A DNA stretch of 60,535 nt from Planctomycetia bacterium (GCA_041497975.1 JBGQHN010000002.1:1-60535); one strand, 5' to 3'; counted from the first letter of the stretch, positions 9,653 to 19,937 are shown. The notes: a model not told the origin generated them from the letters alone. Made by a program: numbers and translations.

Positions 9653-9668
9653 AGCCAAGTCTGCGTTC

Positions 9669-11171
9669 CTACGCAATGATATCGCGAATGACGTTTCCAA
9701 AAACGTCCGTCAGGCGTTCCTCCCTTCCTTGGTGAAAATATGTCAAGGCCTCGTGGTCCAAACCCATCAGGGCCAAGACCGTGGCGTGCAAGTCGTGCAG
9801 GTGGACTTTGTTTTCAACGGCCGCGAAACCGAACTCGTCGGTCGAGCCATACGAAGTTCCGCCCTTCACACCGCCACCGGCCATCCACATGGTGAATCCG
9901 TAAGGATTGTGATTGCGGCCCGGCGCGCCTTCGCCCTCGGCCAATGGCATGCGGCCGAATTCGCCGCCCCACAACACCAGCGTGCTGGCTAACAGCCCGC
10001 GCCGTTCAAGATCCGTCAGCAAGGCGGCGATCGGCTGGTCGACTTCGGCGCCGTGCTTGCCGTGATTCTTTTCAACGCTCTCGTGCGCGTCCCAGGTGTC
10101 CTCCAAGTGCCCCCCGCCCGAATACAACTGCACGAATCGCACGCCGCGCTCGACCAATCGCCGGGCGACGAGGCAATTGCGTCCGAATTCGTCCGTGGGC
10201 TCCTTGCCGACACCGTACATTTCGAGCGTTTGTTGGTCTTCCTTGCCCAGATCGACCGCCTCGGGCGCTTCGGCTTGCATGCGATACGCCAATTCATAAC
10301 TTTGAATGCGCGCCGGCAATTCGGATCCGCCCGGTCGGGCGTCGAGATGTTCCTGGTTCAACCGGGCCAGCAAATCGAGCTGCTCTCGTTGGCTCTTGCG
10401 GTCCAAGGGTCCGCTCAAGTCGAGCACCGGCTCACCCACCGGCCGGAACAACGTTCCGGAAAAGCTGGCCGGCATGAAACCGCTGGACCAATTGGGCTGG
10501 CCGCTGATCGGTCCGCCGCGCTTGTCCATGATCGCCACGTAGCCCGGCAGGCTTTGATTCATGGTTCCCAGACCGTAAACCGCCCACGAACCCAGCGACG
10601 GACGGCCGATGAACGTGCTGCCGGTATTCATCGCCACCAGGGCCGAGCCGTGGGCATGGCTGTCCGTATGACATGAACGGATGAGCGCCAACTTGTCGGC
10701 ATGATCGCGAACGCGGGGAAAGAAATCGGAAATCATCAGCCCGCTCTGCCCGCCCGGCGAGAAATTGCGCCAGGCCGGCGTCAGGAAACCCATCTTGCGA
10801 TTTCCCGAGTTGGTGAACTGCTTGTCGGGCGGCAGCGATTGCCCGGCGTACTTTTTCAAGCTGGGCTTATAGTCGAACGTGTCGACGTGGCTCGGGCCGC
10901 CGTTCATCATCAAGAAAATGCACGCTCGGGCCTGGCCAGGAAAATGCGCCGGCTTGGGCGCAAGCGGACTTTCGCCGCGCGGCGACTCGGCGGCGCGGGC
11001 ATGACGCGCGAAAAAGCCGTCGGCCGCCAACAGGCTCGACAGCGCCACCCCGGCAAAACCTGCGCCCATCTCCCACACGAATTCGCGCCGCGTCTGTCCA
11101 CATGGAAACAACCGCGGGCCAAGTGGCCGATGGCGGCGAACGTCGGATTTTCCGGCCGGTTCAGTCGACAT
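9669..11171 (-). CDS. DUF1501 domain protein (sulfatase-like fold, Tat signal)
   Basis: The N-terminal RREFVWEMGAGFAGVAL Tat-like signal is present. Conserved blocks FLMMNGGPSHVDTFDYKP, SCHTDSHAHG and GRNHNPYGFTMWMAGGGVKGG are typical of the DUF1501 family. Confidence 0.9.
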   Translation of the reverse strand: MSTEPAGKSDVRRHRPLGPRLFPCGQTRREFVWEMGAGFAGVALSSLLAADGFFARHARAAESPRGESPLAPKPAHFPGQARACIFLMMNGGPSHVDTFDYKPSLKKYAGQSLPPDKQFTNSGNRKMGFLTPAWRNFSPGGQSGLMISDFFPRVRDHADKLALIRSCHTDSHAHGSALVAMNTGSTFIGRPSLGSWAVYGLGTMNQSLPGYVAIMDKRGGPISGQPNWSSGFMPASFSGTLFRPVGEPVLDLSGPLDRKSQREQLDLLARLNQEHLDARPGGSELPARIQSYELAYRMQAEAPEAVDLGKEDQQTLEMYGVGKEPTDEFGRNCLVARRLVERGVRFVQLYSGGGHLEDTWDAHESVEKNHGKHGAEVDQPIAALLTDLERRGLLASTLVLWGGEFGRMPLAEGEGAPGRNHNPYGFTMWMAGGGVKGGTSYGSTDEFGFAAVENKVHLHDLHATVLALMGLDHEALTYFHQGREERLTDVFGNVIRDIIA

Positions 11172-13197
11172 AAATGAACTCGTTCGTGTTGAACAATACG
11201 TGGCACAATGAGGCCAGCGCCTGGCGGTGGATGTCCTCCTCGCTCAGCGTATGGCCGGCGGCGGCCGCGCGCGATGCCAGGTTCTCATGCTGCGCGGCCA
11301 GGTGCGCTAACGCCGCCGCGCGCTCGCTCTCGGTTGGCGCTCGCTCAAGCGCCAGCGACCAGGCACGTTCGACCTGTGACGTCTGGTTCGGGCCAGCCTC
11401 GAGGATTACCCGCTGGGCCATCGCGCGGCTCTGTTGGTGCACGAATTCGTTGTTCAATAGCGCCAAGGCCTGGGGCGCTACGATCGAAACGTTCCGCTGG
11501 CTGCAAGGCTGCGTCGTGTCGGCAAAATCGAACGTAGTCATGAGTGGCAACAGCAGCGACCGCTTGGTCATCATGTAAATACTGCGGCGGCGCTGTTCCT
11601 CGGGCGGCGAGGCGCCCCATTCGGCGCCCTTCTTGGACAGTCCTTCGAGGGATTCTTTCGTGGCCGAGGGAAAAAAGCTAGGCCCGCCGGCTTTGAAGTT
11701 CAATTGGCCGCTGACGGCCAACATGGCGTCGCGAAGCGGCTCCGATTCCAAGCGACGCCGCCCGGTGCGCCACCAGAGCTCGTTGGCGAAATCTTCGCGC
11801 GAATACTCCGACCCACGGTCGTGCGTCGAGTCCATTTGATACGTGCTCGACAACATGATCAATCGGTGCAGCGGCTTCAAACGCCAGCCGCCGTCGACCA
11901 GCTCTCTGGCCAGCCAATCGAGCAGCTCGGGGTGCGTGGGCGGGCTTCCCATCGCGCCGAAGTTGTCCGGTGTGCGGACCAGGCCTTCACCAAAGTGATG
12001 CTGCCACAAACGATTGACCATGACCCGCGCCGTGAGCGGATTGCGGCGGTCGGTGATCCAACGAGCCAGTTGCGTGCGGCGGCCCGTGGTCGTGGCCTCG
12101 GGCGCGGGCGGTTCCACCGCGCGAGACAAAGCGCTAACCATCGACAAGTATCCGGCCGCCACCGTTTGTCCCGCGCGGGCAGGATCCCCGCCTTGCAGCA
12201 GATGTACCGCCGGGGGCTGCGGGCCGGCGTCGGTGTAGGCCAACAGTGGACCGTCGGCCGGCTTGCCGCCGACAAAGAAATTCAACACCGCGTAGTAGTC
12301 GGTTTGCGGAATTGGATCGAACTTGTGGTCGTGGCAGCGGGCGCACTTGAGCGTGATGGCCAAAAACGACGTGGTCGTGGCATGAATCAAATCGTCAAGT
12401 TGCTCGTACTTGTACTTGAGCGGATCGTTGGGCTCGTCGTCGAACGTGCCCACGCGCAGAAAACCGGTGGCGATCCGCGTCTGGTCGTCTGCATCCGGCA
12501 ATTCGTCTCCGGCCAATTGTTCAAGAACAAAGCGGTCGTACGGCTTGTCTTCGTTGAGCGACCGGATCACCCAATCGCGATACTGCCAGGCGCCCGGCTT
12601 CAGCGCGTCGCGCTCGTAGCCATTGGTTTCGGCAAACCGCGCCAGGTCCAGCCAATATCGGGCCCAGCGCTCGCCAAAGTGCGGACTGGCCAGCAGGCGA
12701 TCGATCAAGCGTTCATATGCCGAAGGACTTTCGTCGGCCAAAAAACCACGCACTTCCTCAGGCGTCGGCGGCAATCCCCACAGATCGAAATAGACGCGGC
12801 GCACCAGCCGCGCGCGGTCCACTTTCGGCGCCGGCACCCAGTCTTTCGCTTCCAAGCCGGCCAGAATGAAATGGTCGACCGGCGTTGCAGGCCAGGCCGT
12901 GTCCTTGATGCGTGGCAACGTGGGACGGATCACCGGCGCCAGCGACCAAAGCTCGCCCAACTTATCGTCCACGGCCTCTCCCGCGAAAACTTGCTGGTAT
13001 GGGCCGACACTCCCAGCCAACAACAAGACGAACAAAGTCGTGTCCAGGACCCATCGCAGACCTCCGCCGAGGGCACGGTGATGCGAGCGCGAGGATCGCG
13101 CCAGGTGGGCCACTCGGCGGGTCTCGGTGAGCAATCGTGTGGGATTGACGAGCATACCGGCAATCGATGGGGGTGTGGCGACTCGGACGCGGCCCAC
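11161..13197 (-). CDS. DUF1549/DUF1553 (PSCyt2/PSD1) domain protein
   Basis: Blocks PVDHFILAGLEAK, RRVYFDLWGLPPTPEEV, LASPHFGERWARYWLDLARFAETNGYE, CARCHDHKFDPI and SQRNVSIVAPQALALLNNEF are present. It overlaps the downstream DUF1501 gene by 11 nt, the usual pairing for these families. Confidence 0.9.
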   Translation of the reverse strand: MGRVRVATPPSIAGMLVNPTRLLTETRRVAHLARSSRSHHRALGGGLRWVLDTTLFVLLLAGSVGPYQQVFAGEAVDDKLGELWSLAPVIRPTLPRIKDTAWPATPVDHFILAGLEAKDWVPAPKVDRARLVRRVYFDLWGLPPTPEEVRGFLADESPSAYERLIDRLLASPHFGERWARYWLDLARFAETNGYERDALKPGAWQYRDWVIRSLNEDKPYDRFVLEQLAGDELPDADDQTRIATGFLRVGTFDDEPNDPLKYKYEQLDDLIHATTTSFLAITLKCARCHDHKFDPIPQTDYYAVLNFFVGGKPADGPLLAYTDAGPQPPAVHLLQGGDPARAGQTVAAGYLSMVSALSRAVEPPAPEATTTGRRTQLARWITDRRNPLTARVMVNRLWQHHFGEGLVRTPDNFGAMGSPPTHPELLDWLARELVDGGWRLKPLHRLIMLSSTYQMDSTHDRGSEYSREDFANELWWRTGRRRLESEPLRDAMLAVSGQLNFKAGGPSFFPSATKESLEGLSKKGAEWGASPPEEQRRRSIYMMTKRSLLLPLMTTFDFADTTQPCSQRNVSIVAPQALALLNNEFVHQQSRAMAQRVILEAGPNQTSQVERAWSLALERAPTESERAAALAHLAAQHENLASRAAAAGHTLSEEDIHRQALASLCHVLFNTNEFIYVD

Positions 13198-13224
13198 TCA
13201 GTTTAAGCCACCCGAGAGCTTCAT

Positions 13225-14622
13225 TCAATCGCGCCGGGGGTCGTGCGGCGGGGCAAATCGCTGCGGGGCGGCAGCGCTGATCGGCCGTCGTGGATCAATC
13301 GCCAGCCACGACAACGCCCCGATCGAATAAGCGCCGGCGGACAAAACAAACGTCGACGACCAGCCGAACGTAACGGCCAGACGCGCGATCAACGAAGCGG
13401 CGCAGGCCGCGCCGATGTTGCCAAACATGTTTGCCGCACCCAGCACCGTGCCGGAATATGCACGTCCAATGTCCTGACACGTCGCCCACATGGCGCCTAG
13501 GGCGAAGTCGCCAAAAAAGCTGGCCACGATCAGAAACGCGACAATCGCCGTAATGTCTTCCAATGTCCAGCACAGTCCGTAGACCAGCGCAGCGCCGCCG
13601 CAGGAGATGAGGCCCGGCAACCTCCGCCCCCATGCCAGACCAACGCGTCTGACCAGCCAATCGGTGGCAAGTCCCCCGCACAGACAGCCCGCCATCCCTG
13701 CCGCGGCCGTCATGCTGGCGGCCAGCCCGGCCTGAACTTCACTGCGGCCATGTTCGGCGATCAGGTACGTCGGAAGTAGAGTGCCGACAAAGATCCAACC
13801 AACATTGACCGCGAAATTCTCGAGCGCCAGTAACTGCAAGCCACGGCTGGCCAACAGGGCGCGTGTCGGAATTGACGTGGCACTCGGGTCGACTGCGCCG
13901 GTTGTGGCTGTCTCACCGCGTTCGACGAGCGCCACCTCGGCCGCGTTGCAACCTGGATGAAGTCGGGGTTGGTCTCGAAACCATCGCCAAAAGAAAAATG
14001 CCCACACAAGTCCCACGCACCCGTAGCCGATGAGCACGGGCCGCCAACGGTCGGATTGCATGCCCCCAACCGCCAAGACCCGCATCAACAGCGAGGTAAC
14101 AGCCGGCGCCAACACGCCGCCCCCGCGTCCCCCCAACGACACGGCACTATTGGCCACGCCGCGGCGGGCAAAAGGCATCCAGCGCCGCAACAGGCCGGCA
14201 GTCGTGGCGTATGCGCCGGCCTGGCCAACTCCCAACAGTGCCCGCATTGCAACGAGCGACGCCAGCCCGGTCGCCAGTCCCATGCCCGCTATGGCCAACG
14301 ACCAGGCCACGACATATGCGGTCAGCGCCCGCCGGCCACCCCATCGATCGCCGAGCCAACCGGCGGGAATCTGACACAGCGCATAGCACCAGAAAAAGGC
14401 TGCCACCGAGTCGGCCACCTGGCGAATGTCCAAGTCGAGATCCTGTGCAATGGCCGGCAGCGCCACCGAAATGGACATGCGATCCAAATACAAGATCACA
14501 GCCATCGACACCGCAAACCCCAGCACGCCGAAGCGTACATTCGTGGGTCGCTCGCCGTCAACGCCCACGGCAACGGGCAACGGCGTATCCTGACCTTCTC
14601 TCTGCAGTCGAGACGATGCCAA
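13225..14622 (-). CDS. MFS transporter (anion:cation symporter-like)
   Basis: About 12 hydrophobic helices. YLDRMSISVALPAIAQDLDL and GWLGDRWGGRR (MFS loop 2-3 motif) are present. Confidence 0.8.
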   Translation of the reverse strand: MASSRLQREGQDTPLPVAVGVDGERPTNVRFGVLGFAVSMAVILYLDRMSISVALPAIAQDLDLDIRQVADSVAAFFWCYALCQIPAGWLGDRWGGRRALTAYVVAWSLAIAGMGLATGLASLVAMRALLGVGQAGAYATTAGLLRRWMPFARRGVANSAVSLGGRGGGVLAPAVTSLLMRVLAVGGMQSDRWRPVLIGYGCVGLVWAFFFWRWFRDQPRLHPGCNAAEVALVERGETATTGAVDPSATSIPTRALLASRGLQLLALENFAVNVGWIFVGTLLPTYLIAEHGRSEVQAGLAASMTAAAGMAGCLCGGLATDWLVRRVGLAWGRRLPGLISCGGAALVYGLCWTLEDITAIVAFLIVASFFGDFALGAMWATCQDIGRAYSGTVLGAANMFGNIGAACAASLIARLAVTFGWSSTFVLSAGAYSIGALSWLAIDPRRPISAAAPQRFAPPHDPRRD

Positions 14623-14774
14623 AACCGTACCTCACAATGGACTCGTGGCCATCCGCGCACCAGCGAACGATTGCGGCGCCGACGACGGATGGCTAGCATG
14701 ACGCCTTCCAAGCTAGCTTCGGCGGCGCGCCGCGGCAATCGCGATACCGCGCGGATAATTCGGACCGATCGGCC

Positions 14775-15839
14775 ATGTTGATTTTTGACGCGCATCTCGA
14801 CTTGAGCATGAACGCGCTCGAATGGAATCGCGATTTGACGCGAGACATCGAGGAGATTCGCGCCCGCGAGCGCGGCAAAACCGACAAACCCGACCGGGGC
14901 AATTCGACGGTCTCGTTGAGCGAAATGCGCACAGGCGGCGTCGGACTCTGCGTGGCCACGCTGATTGCCCGCCATGTGAAACCCGGCAATCCGCGGCCCG
15001 GCTTTCACAGCCCCGAGATCGCCTGGGCCCAGACGCAAGGGCAGTTGGCCTGGTATTGTGCCATGGAAGAAGCAGACCACCTGGTGCAAATCCGCGACGT
15101 GCCCGGTTTGCAACGGCACGTGCATCTTTGGCGGAATCCGCCGGCCGACGCGCCGATCGGCTACGTCTTGAGCCTGGAAGGCGCCGACTCGATCCTGACG
15201 CCGGGCCACCTGGCCCGCGCATACGAGCAGGGCTTGCGCGCCGTTGGCCCAGCCCATTACGGACCCGGCACCTACGCCCAAGGCACGCACGTCACCGGAG
15301 GACTGGGCCCGCGCGGACGTGAACTGCTGGCCGAAATGGAGCGGCTGGGCATCATCCTCGATGCGACGCACTTGTGCGACGATAGTTTTTGGGAAGCTCT
15401 CGATCATTTCAGCGGGCCGGTGTGGGCCAGCCACAACAACTGTCGCGCGCTGGTCAACGATCCGCGGCAATTCTCCGACGAACAGATCAAGGCCCTGATC
15501 GCGCGCGGCGCGGTCATCGGCGGGGCGCTCGATGCGTGGATGATGGTCAGCGGATGGATCCGCGGCGAAACAACGCCTCTGGGCGCAGGCGTCATGTTGT
15601 CGCATTTGATCGATCACATCGATCACGTGTGCCAGTTGGCCGGCAATGCGCTTCACTCTGGAATCGGCACCGATCTGGACGGCGGCTTCGGACGCGAGCA
15701 GTGCCCCATTGATCTGCACACGATTGCCGACTTGCAGCGAATCCCCGAGTTGTTGGCGCAGCGTGGTTATAGCCGACAAGATATCGAGCGGATCACACAC
15801 GGCAATTGGATCAGCTTTTTAGAGCGCGCGTGGCAATAG
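14775..15839 (+). CDS. Membrane dipeptidase (peptidase M19 family)
   Basis: The N-terminal LIFDAHLDL metal-binding motif, LSLEGADS, ATHLCDDSFW and ASHNNCRAL are consistent with renal-dipeptidase-type M19 enzymes. Confidence 0.8.
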   Translation: MLIFDAHLDLSMNALEWNRDLTRDIEEIRARERGKTDKPDRGNSTVSLSEMRTGGVGLCVATLIARHVKPGNPRPGFHSPEIAWAQTQGQLAWYCAMEEADHLVQIRDVPGLQRHVHLWRNPPADAPIGYVLSLEGADSILTPGHLARAYEQGLRAVGPAHYGPGTYAQGTHVTGGLGPRGRELLAEMERLGIILDATHLCDDSFWEALDHFSGPVWASHNNCRALVNDPRQFSDEQIKALIARGAVIGGALDAWMMVSGWIRGETTPLGAGVMLSHLIDHIDHVCQLAGNALHSGIGTDLDGGFGREQCPIDLHTIADLQRIPELLAQRGYSRQDIERITHGNWISFLERAWQ

Positions 15840-16019
15840 ACCGGCCGAGAGCTACCGCGAATCACGCTACATGAGCGATCCGGACGGCAATCGACGCGTG
15901 ATAAACTGGGGCATTTGGAATGAGTGGGCAAGCCAACAGGGGTTGACGCGCGTTGGGTCCGCGCAGAGGATCAATATAGACGTCCCGCCTGAAAAACCAT
16001 TTTTAAGCCCTTCCGTCGC

Positions 16020-16682
16020 GTGAATCTATCGCTCGGAAGTCCGGTGCGCCTGGGAGGCCGCATGTCCGACGCAATCTCCATTTCCCGGCCATTTGCCCCG
16101 CACTTATCGGCGATCGCCCGCAGCATTTCCGACCTGTTCAGCCCCGCCGCGCTGTCGATCCCCTGTTTGACGTTGGGGGTGTTGGCCAGCGATGTGCCGG
16201 GCACGTATCGCTTCGCCTTGTTGTATTTTCTGGTCGCCGTTCCCGTGCCCGTCGCTTATGTCCTGTGGCTGCTGAAAAGCGGTCGCGTGAGCGATTTCCA
16301 TTTGCCCGATCGTCGCGACCGGACGGGACCTTTCCTGGTGAGTATCGGCGGCGCGCTGTGCGCGGCCGGTCTCTTGCTTTACTTTGGGGCCCCAGCAGTG
16401 TTTCTGGCTCCGGTCGTGACGGCGCTCGCGCAGACGTTCGTGCTGTTTCTCATCACGTTGGCCTGGCAAATCAGCATTCACACCGCCACAACGACCGCGC
16501 TTGTCACATTTGCCGTGCTCGGCCTGGGCAGCGGCGCCAGCTACTTGGCATTCTTGGTGCCCCTGGTGATGTGGGCCCGAATCTATCTCGGCCGTCACAC
16601 GCTGGCCCAAACGCTCGCCGGCGCGCTGTTGGGTTGCGCCAGCTTCGCCACGCTGTTTGCCTTGCGCGGGCTGGTCTGGTAG
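16020..16682 (+). CDS. PAP2-superfamily-like integral membrane protein (putative)
   Basis: Six hydrophobic segments. SIHTA and ARIYLGRHTLAQTLAG resemble PAP2 motifs C2/C3 (SxH, R-x5-H-x3-D/Q). The start is uncertain: GTG at 16020 or ATG at 16062. Confidence 0.5.
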   Translation: MNLSLGSPVRLGGRMSDAISISRPFAPHLSAIARSISDLFSPAALSIPCLTLGVLASDVPGTYRFALLYFLVAVPVPVAYVLWLLKSGRVSDFHLPDRRDRTGPFLVSIGGALCAAGLLLYFGAPAVFLAPVVTALAQTFVLFLITLAWQISIHTATTTALVTFAVLGLGSGASYLAFLVPLVMWARIYLGRHTLAQTLAGALLGCASFATLFALRGLVW

Positions 16683-16798
16683 GCACTCGCCGCGCTGAAT
16701 TTTGCCACCGACGAACTCTTTAGCGGAGAGAGCCTGCGCAGCAAAAGAGCCGCCCCGGTGGCAGCACGTTGTGCGACTTGCGAGTCCGAGGGCAGACG

Positions 16799-18109
16799 CT
16801 AGCGCCGCACGGGAGCAGCCGGCTTGGACTTCTTGGCTTGTGCCTGCGGTTTGGCGTCGGGAATCGGACTGGTTTCGACGACGACGCCTTCGGAATGCGA
16901 AAGATCGGCCGATTGAACCATTTTGCCGTCCTCTTTCCACCAGGCCCAACGCCCCGTCGGGTTGCCGTGCGCATAGTGACCCCCGATCGATTTCTGACCG
17001 TTCGGATGCCACCACGTCCAAGGACCATCCTGCTTTCCGAGAGCATAGCGGCCGGCGAGCGACTTTTGCCCGTTCGCGTGCCACCATACGAACTGGCCTA
17101 CTTGCACATCGTGCTCGTAGTTGCCTTCGAGCTGCGGTTGGCCGGTAGCATACCAAGAGGTCCAGGCGCCGTGTCTCTCATCGTTGCCCTGTCGGGTGGT
17201 CACTTGCGGCCTGCATTCCCACCAATTATCGGGCGTTTGTTCGATTTCACGAGCGAACAAGTAAATGCCTTGTGACTTCTTGGCTCCGTTGGGATGGTTG
17301 GTGGTTTTCGCGGCCAGCTTCCGCCCGAGCTGATAGCTTTCATCGACCAGCACCTTGCCGTCGGGACTCCACTCGGTCCACTGGCCGTCGATTTCTCCGT
17401 CGCGATACTGGACCTCGCGCATCTTGCGACCGCCCGGATACCACCACGTCAACGGACCATGCCGTCGGCCCTCGCGGTAGTGCCACTCGCTGATTTTTTG
17501 TTGCTTGCTGTCGTAGATTCTCCACACGCCGTCAATATCGCCGTCCTTGAACGTGGCCTGCGAAGCCAGCGGCGCCATAAATTTCTGATACGGCATTTGG
17601 GAGAACAGTTTTGCCTCGCTGGGATAGACGTACCAACGCAACCACGTGCCCACGCGTTTGCCATGCTGGAAATCGCCTTGGGCGATGAAGTTGCCGCGCT
17701 CATCCCACATCTTCCACATACCGTGATTGGTGTAATTGCCATTTGCATCTTGGATCACTTCGCGCTCGATGTGCACGGTGCCGCTGGGAAAACGCTCCTT
17801 GATCAATTCGGTTTTAAGGTCTTGCGAGTCGCTTGTTTCGTCCGCCGGCTCTTGAGCGTCGGGTATCAGGCTGTCCTCTTCACTGTACTTGTCGACGGGA
17901 TTAAGGCTGGTCGCGCGGTACGCGGCGCTTTTCTCAATTTGGCTCGAGCCGTCGACCGCATCCGAAGATCGCTCATCGTCTTCGACGGCGACCGGATCGG
18001 AATCGATGCGAGCCGGTTCGCCGCCGGCGGCCAATCGAGCATGCGTTATCAAGCCATTGGCCGACAAAAGCAGGGCCAGCGGCGACATCCACGTCAGCGA
18101 GCGAACCAT
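16799..18109 (-). CDS. Secreted MORN-repeat-variant (YwqK-like) repeat protein
   Basis: A signal peptide is followed by many repeats of the form G-x-W-x-x-W-Y/H-x-x-G (HGPLTWWYPGGRK, DGQWTEWSPDGK, HGAWTSWYATGQ, DGPWTWWHPNGQK, TGRWAWWKEDGK). Confidence 0.7.
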   Translation of the reverse strand: MVRSLTWMSPLALLLSANGLITHARLAAGGEPARIDSDPVAVEDDERSSDAVDGSSQIEKSAAYRATSLNPVDKYSEEDSLIPDAQEPADETSDSQDLKTELIKERFPSGTVHIEREVIQDANGNYTNHGMWKMWDERGNFIAQGDFQHGKRVGTWLRWYVYPSEAKLFSQMPYQKFMAPLASQATFKDGDIDGVWRIYDSKQQKISEWHYREGRRHGPLTWWYPGGRKMREVQYRDGEIDGQWTEWSPDGKVLVDESYQLGRKLAAKTTNHPNGAKKSQGIYLFAREIEQTPDNWWECRPQVTTRQGNDERHGAWTSWYATGQPQLEGNYEHDVQVGQFVWWHANGQKSLAGRYALGKQDGPWTWWHPNGQKSIGGHYAHGNPTGRWAWWKEDGKMVQSADLSHSEGVVVETSPIPDAKPQAQAKKSKPAAPVRR

Positions 18110-18423
18110 GCCGCCCTCCTTTACTGATGCCAGGTCTCAGGGCTGCGCACGCAGCCCTCTTCGTTCCATTTGCGTTGTTCAGCCACCTAAGGCCACCGAG
18201 GCGCGCGATAACGCATACCGTCAGTATCGGCCGCGCGGAAAGCACCACTTCGGTGGTTTTTTCCGATTGTTCCCGAAAACACCCTCCGGGGGGGCGGGGG
18301 CACCAGCACCCCCGGGCGGCGATACAGCGGGACCGGCTCAAAACCCAACAGTGTTGGCAGGCGGATTGACCCGCTCGGCGGTCTCCCCACAATAAACGAA
18401 GTCGCCCTTTGCAAGGAATCTCA

Positions 18424-19581
18424 ATGATGACCGCCGCCTGCCGATATCACACCGACCGCCTGCTGACGTGGATGCTGCTGTCGGTGAGCGCAACGCTCGC
18501 CACGCCGGTATCCTGGGGCGCCGACAATCCCGGCAAGCGAGCGACGGCCGCGGCGCCGTCCCACGCTGAAACCGAGGCTACGCCCAAGCCGCCCTCGACA
18601 AATCCAGTGGCGCAATTGATCTGCGATCCCGCGGTTCAGGCGGACTTGAAACTGAGCCCGCGCCAGGTCTCGGCGATCGAGTTTGCCTACGCCAAGATCG
18701 AACAGCCGTTGTGGCTGGCGCGAGACGCGGTTTCCGTCGTAGCGGCCGAGCAAAAAGGAAAGCTGGCCGGCTCGCTGGAATCTGAAGTAAACCTCATTCT
18801 CGAGCCGGCGCAACAATCTCGCCTGCGACAGCTTAAGCTGCAAGCGCTCGGCTGGCCGAGTTTGACGACGCCCGAAATCTCCGGCACGCTAGATCTTTCG
18901 ACCGACCAGAAGCGCCGCATTGACGAGATCACCGAGCGAACGCTCGCGGAATGCCGCAAAGTCGACTCCTCGACCGACCAGGCGCCGGCGCGCGAAGCGT
19001 CATTGACGCAACTTCGCAAGCAAGAGGGAGCCTCAATTCAAAAGCTGCTGTCGATCCCGCAGCGGCAACTCCTGGCCGACATGGTCGGCGTCACGTATGA
19101 CCTGTCGCGGGTTCGACCGCTGACGTTCACGGCGCCCCAGTTGAAACAAGTCGACGCCTGGATCGGATCTGGACCGCTGGATATCTCCGGCTTGCGAGGC
19201 AAAGTCATGGCGTTTCACTTTTGGGCCTTTGGCTGCATCAACTGCGTGCACAATTTGTCGCACTACAACGATTGGCACCAGCGGTTTGCCGATCGAGGGT
19301 TGGTCGTGCTCGGCATGCACACACCCGAAACCAAGGCCGAGCGCGTGTTAACAGCTCTCGAAGACAAGGTCCGAGAGTTTTCGATCTGCTATCCCGTGGC
19401 CGTCGACCATGAAAACCAGAATTGGACGGCCTGGGCCAACTCGATGTGGCCGAGCGTGTACCTGATCGACAAGCGCGGCAAGGTGCGGTACTGGTGGTAT
19501 GGCGAAATGAACTGGCAAGGTACCCCCGGCGAGCAGTTCATGCGACAGAAACTCGAGGAGTTGCTGGCCGAGCGCGACTAG
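18424..19581 (+). CDS. Secreted protein with C-terminal thioredoxin-like (TlpA/redoxin) domain
   Basis: ATG at 18424 lies inside ORF 18409..19581. A signal-like N-terminus is present. GKVMAFHFWAFGCINCVHN carries a CxxC redox motif in a thioredoxin-fold context. Confidence 0.75.
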   Translation: MMTAACRYHTDRLLTWMLLSVSATLATPVSWGADNPGKRATAAAPSHAETEATPKPPSTNPVAQLICDPAVQADLKLSPRQVSAIEFAYAKIEQPLWLARDAVSVVAAEQKGKLAGSLESEVNLILEPAQQSRLRQLKLQALGWPSLTTPEISGTLDLSTDQKRRIDEITERTLAECRKVDSSTDQAPAREASLTQLRKQEGASIQKLLSIPQRQLLADMVGVTYDLSRVRPLTFTAPQLKQVDAWIGSGPLDISGLRGKVMAFHFWAFGCINCVHNLSHYNDWHQRFADRGLVVLGMHTPETKAERVLTALEDKVREFSICYPVAVDHENQNWTAWANSMWPSVYLIDKRGKVRYWWYGEMNWQGTPGEQFMRQKLEELLAERD

Positions 19582-19616
19582 GCATGCGGGACCGCGACGG
19601 CACGCGGTGAATCGAC

Positions 19617-19937
19617 ATGAGCGAAAGACCTAAGCCCGTGAAAAAGAAGGACCACACGTCGACCGCGCGCGGCGTGGGCGAATCGGTTAGCTCCAAAGCC
19701 CCTCAGCCGAAGCCCAAGGCCGCTTTTTACGTTCACGCTTCGCCGCGGATGGTTCTTGTTTCCGACCGGAAGCCTGCAGGCGCTGCCGGCGCCCAGCAGT
19801 TCGCCACGTTTGAAGAAGCAAAGCAAGCGGCGATCGAGCTGCTTGTGCTGGCGATCGAAGAGGCCGAAGAACAACTGCTGGCGATCAAGCGCGCCGAGCG
19901 ATACGATCAACTGCCAGGCGCCGGCGACGCGCGTTAG
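19617..19937 (+). CDS. Hypothetical small protein
   Basis: 106-aa ORF with a protein-like helical C-terminus (FATFEEAKQAAIELLVLAIEEAEEQLLAIKRAERY). I recognise no family, and there is a competing antisense ORF. Confidence 0.4.
   Translation: MSERPKPVKKKDHTSTARGVGESVSSKAPQPKPKAAFYVHASPRMVLVSDRKPAGAAGAQQFATFEEAKQAAIELLVLAIEEAEEQLLAIKRAERYDQLPGAGDAR

Noticed and set aside
18139-18262. Two small hairpins in the MORN/thioredoxin divergent intergenic region: AGGGCTGC-GCAC-GCAGCCCT at 18139-18158, and ACCAC-TTCG-GTGGT followed by T5 at about 18244-18262
   Set aside because: The stems are short (8 and 5 bp), and no upstream plus-strand gene or recognisable RNA family is present. This is insufficient for a terminator or sRNA call.
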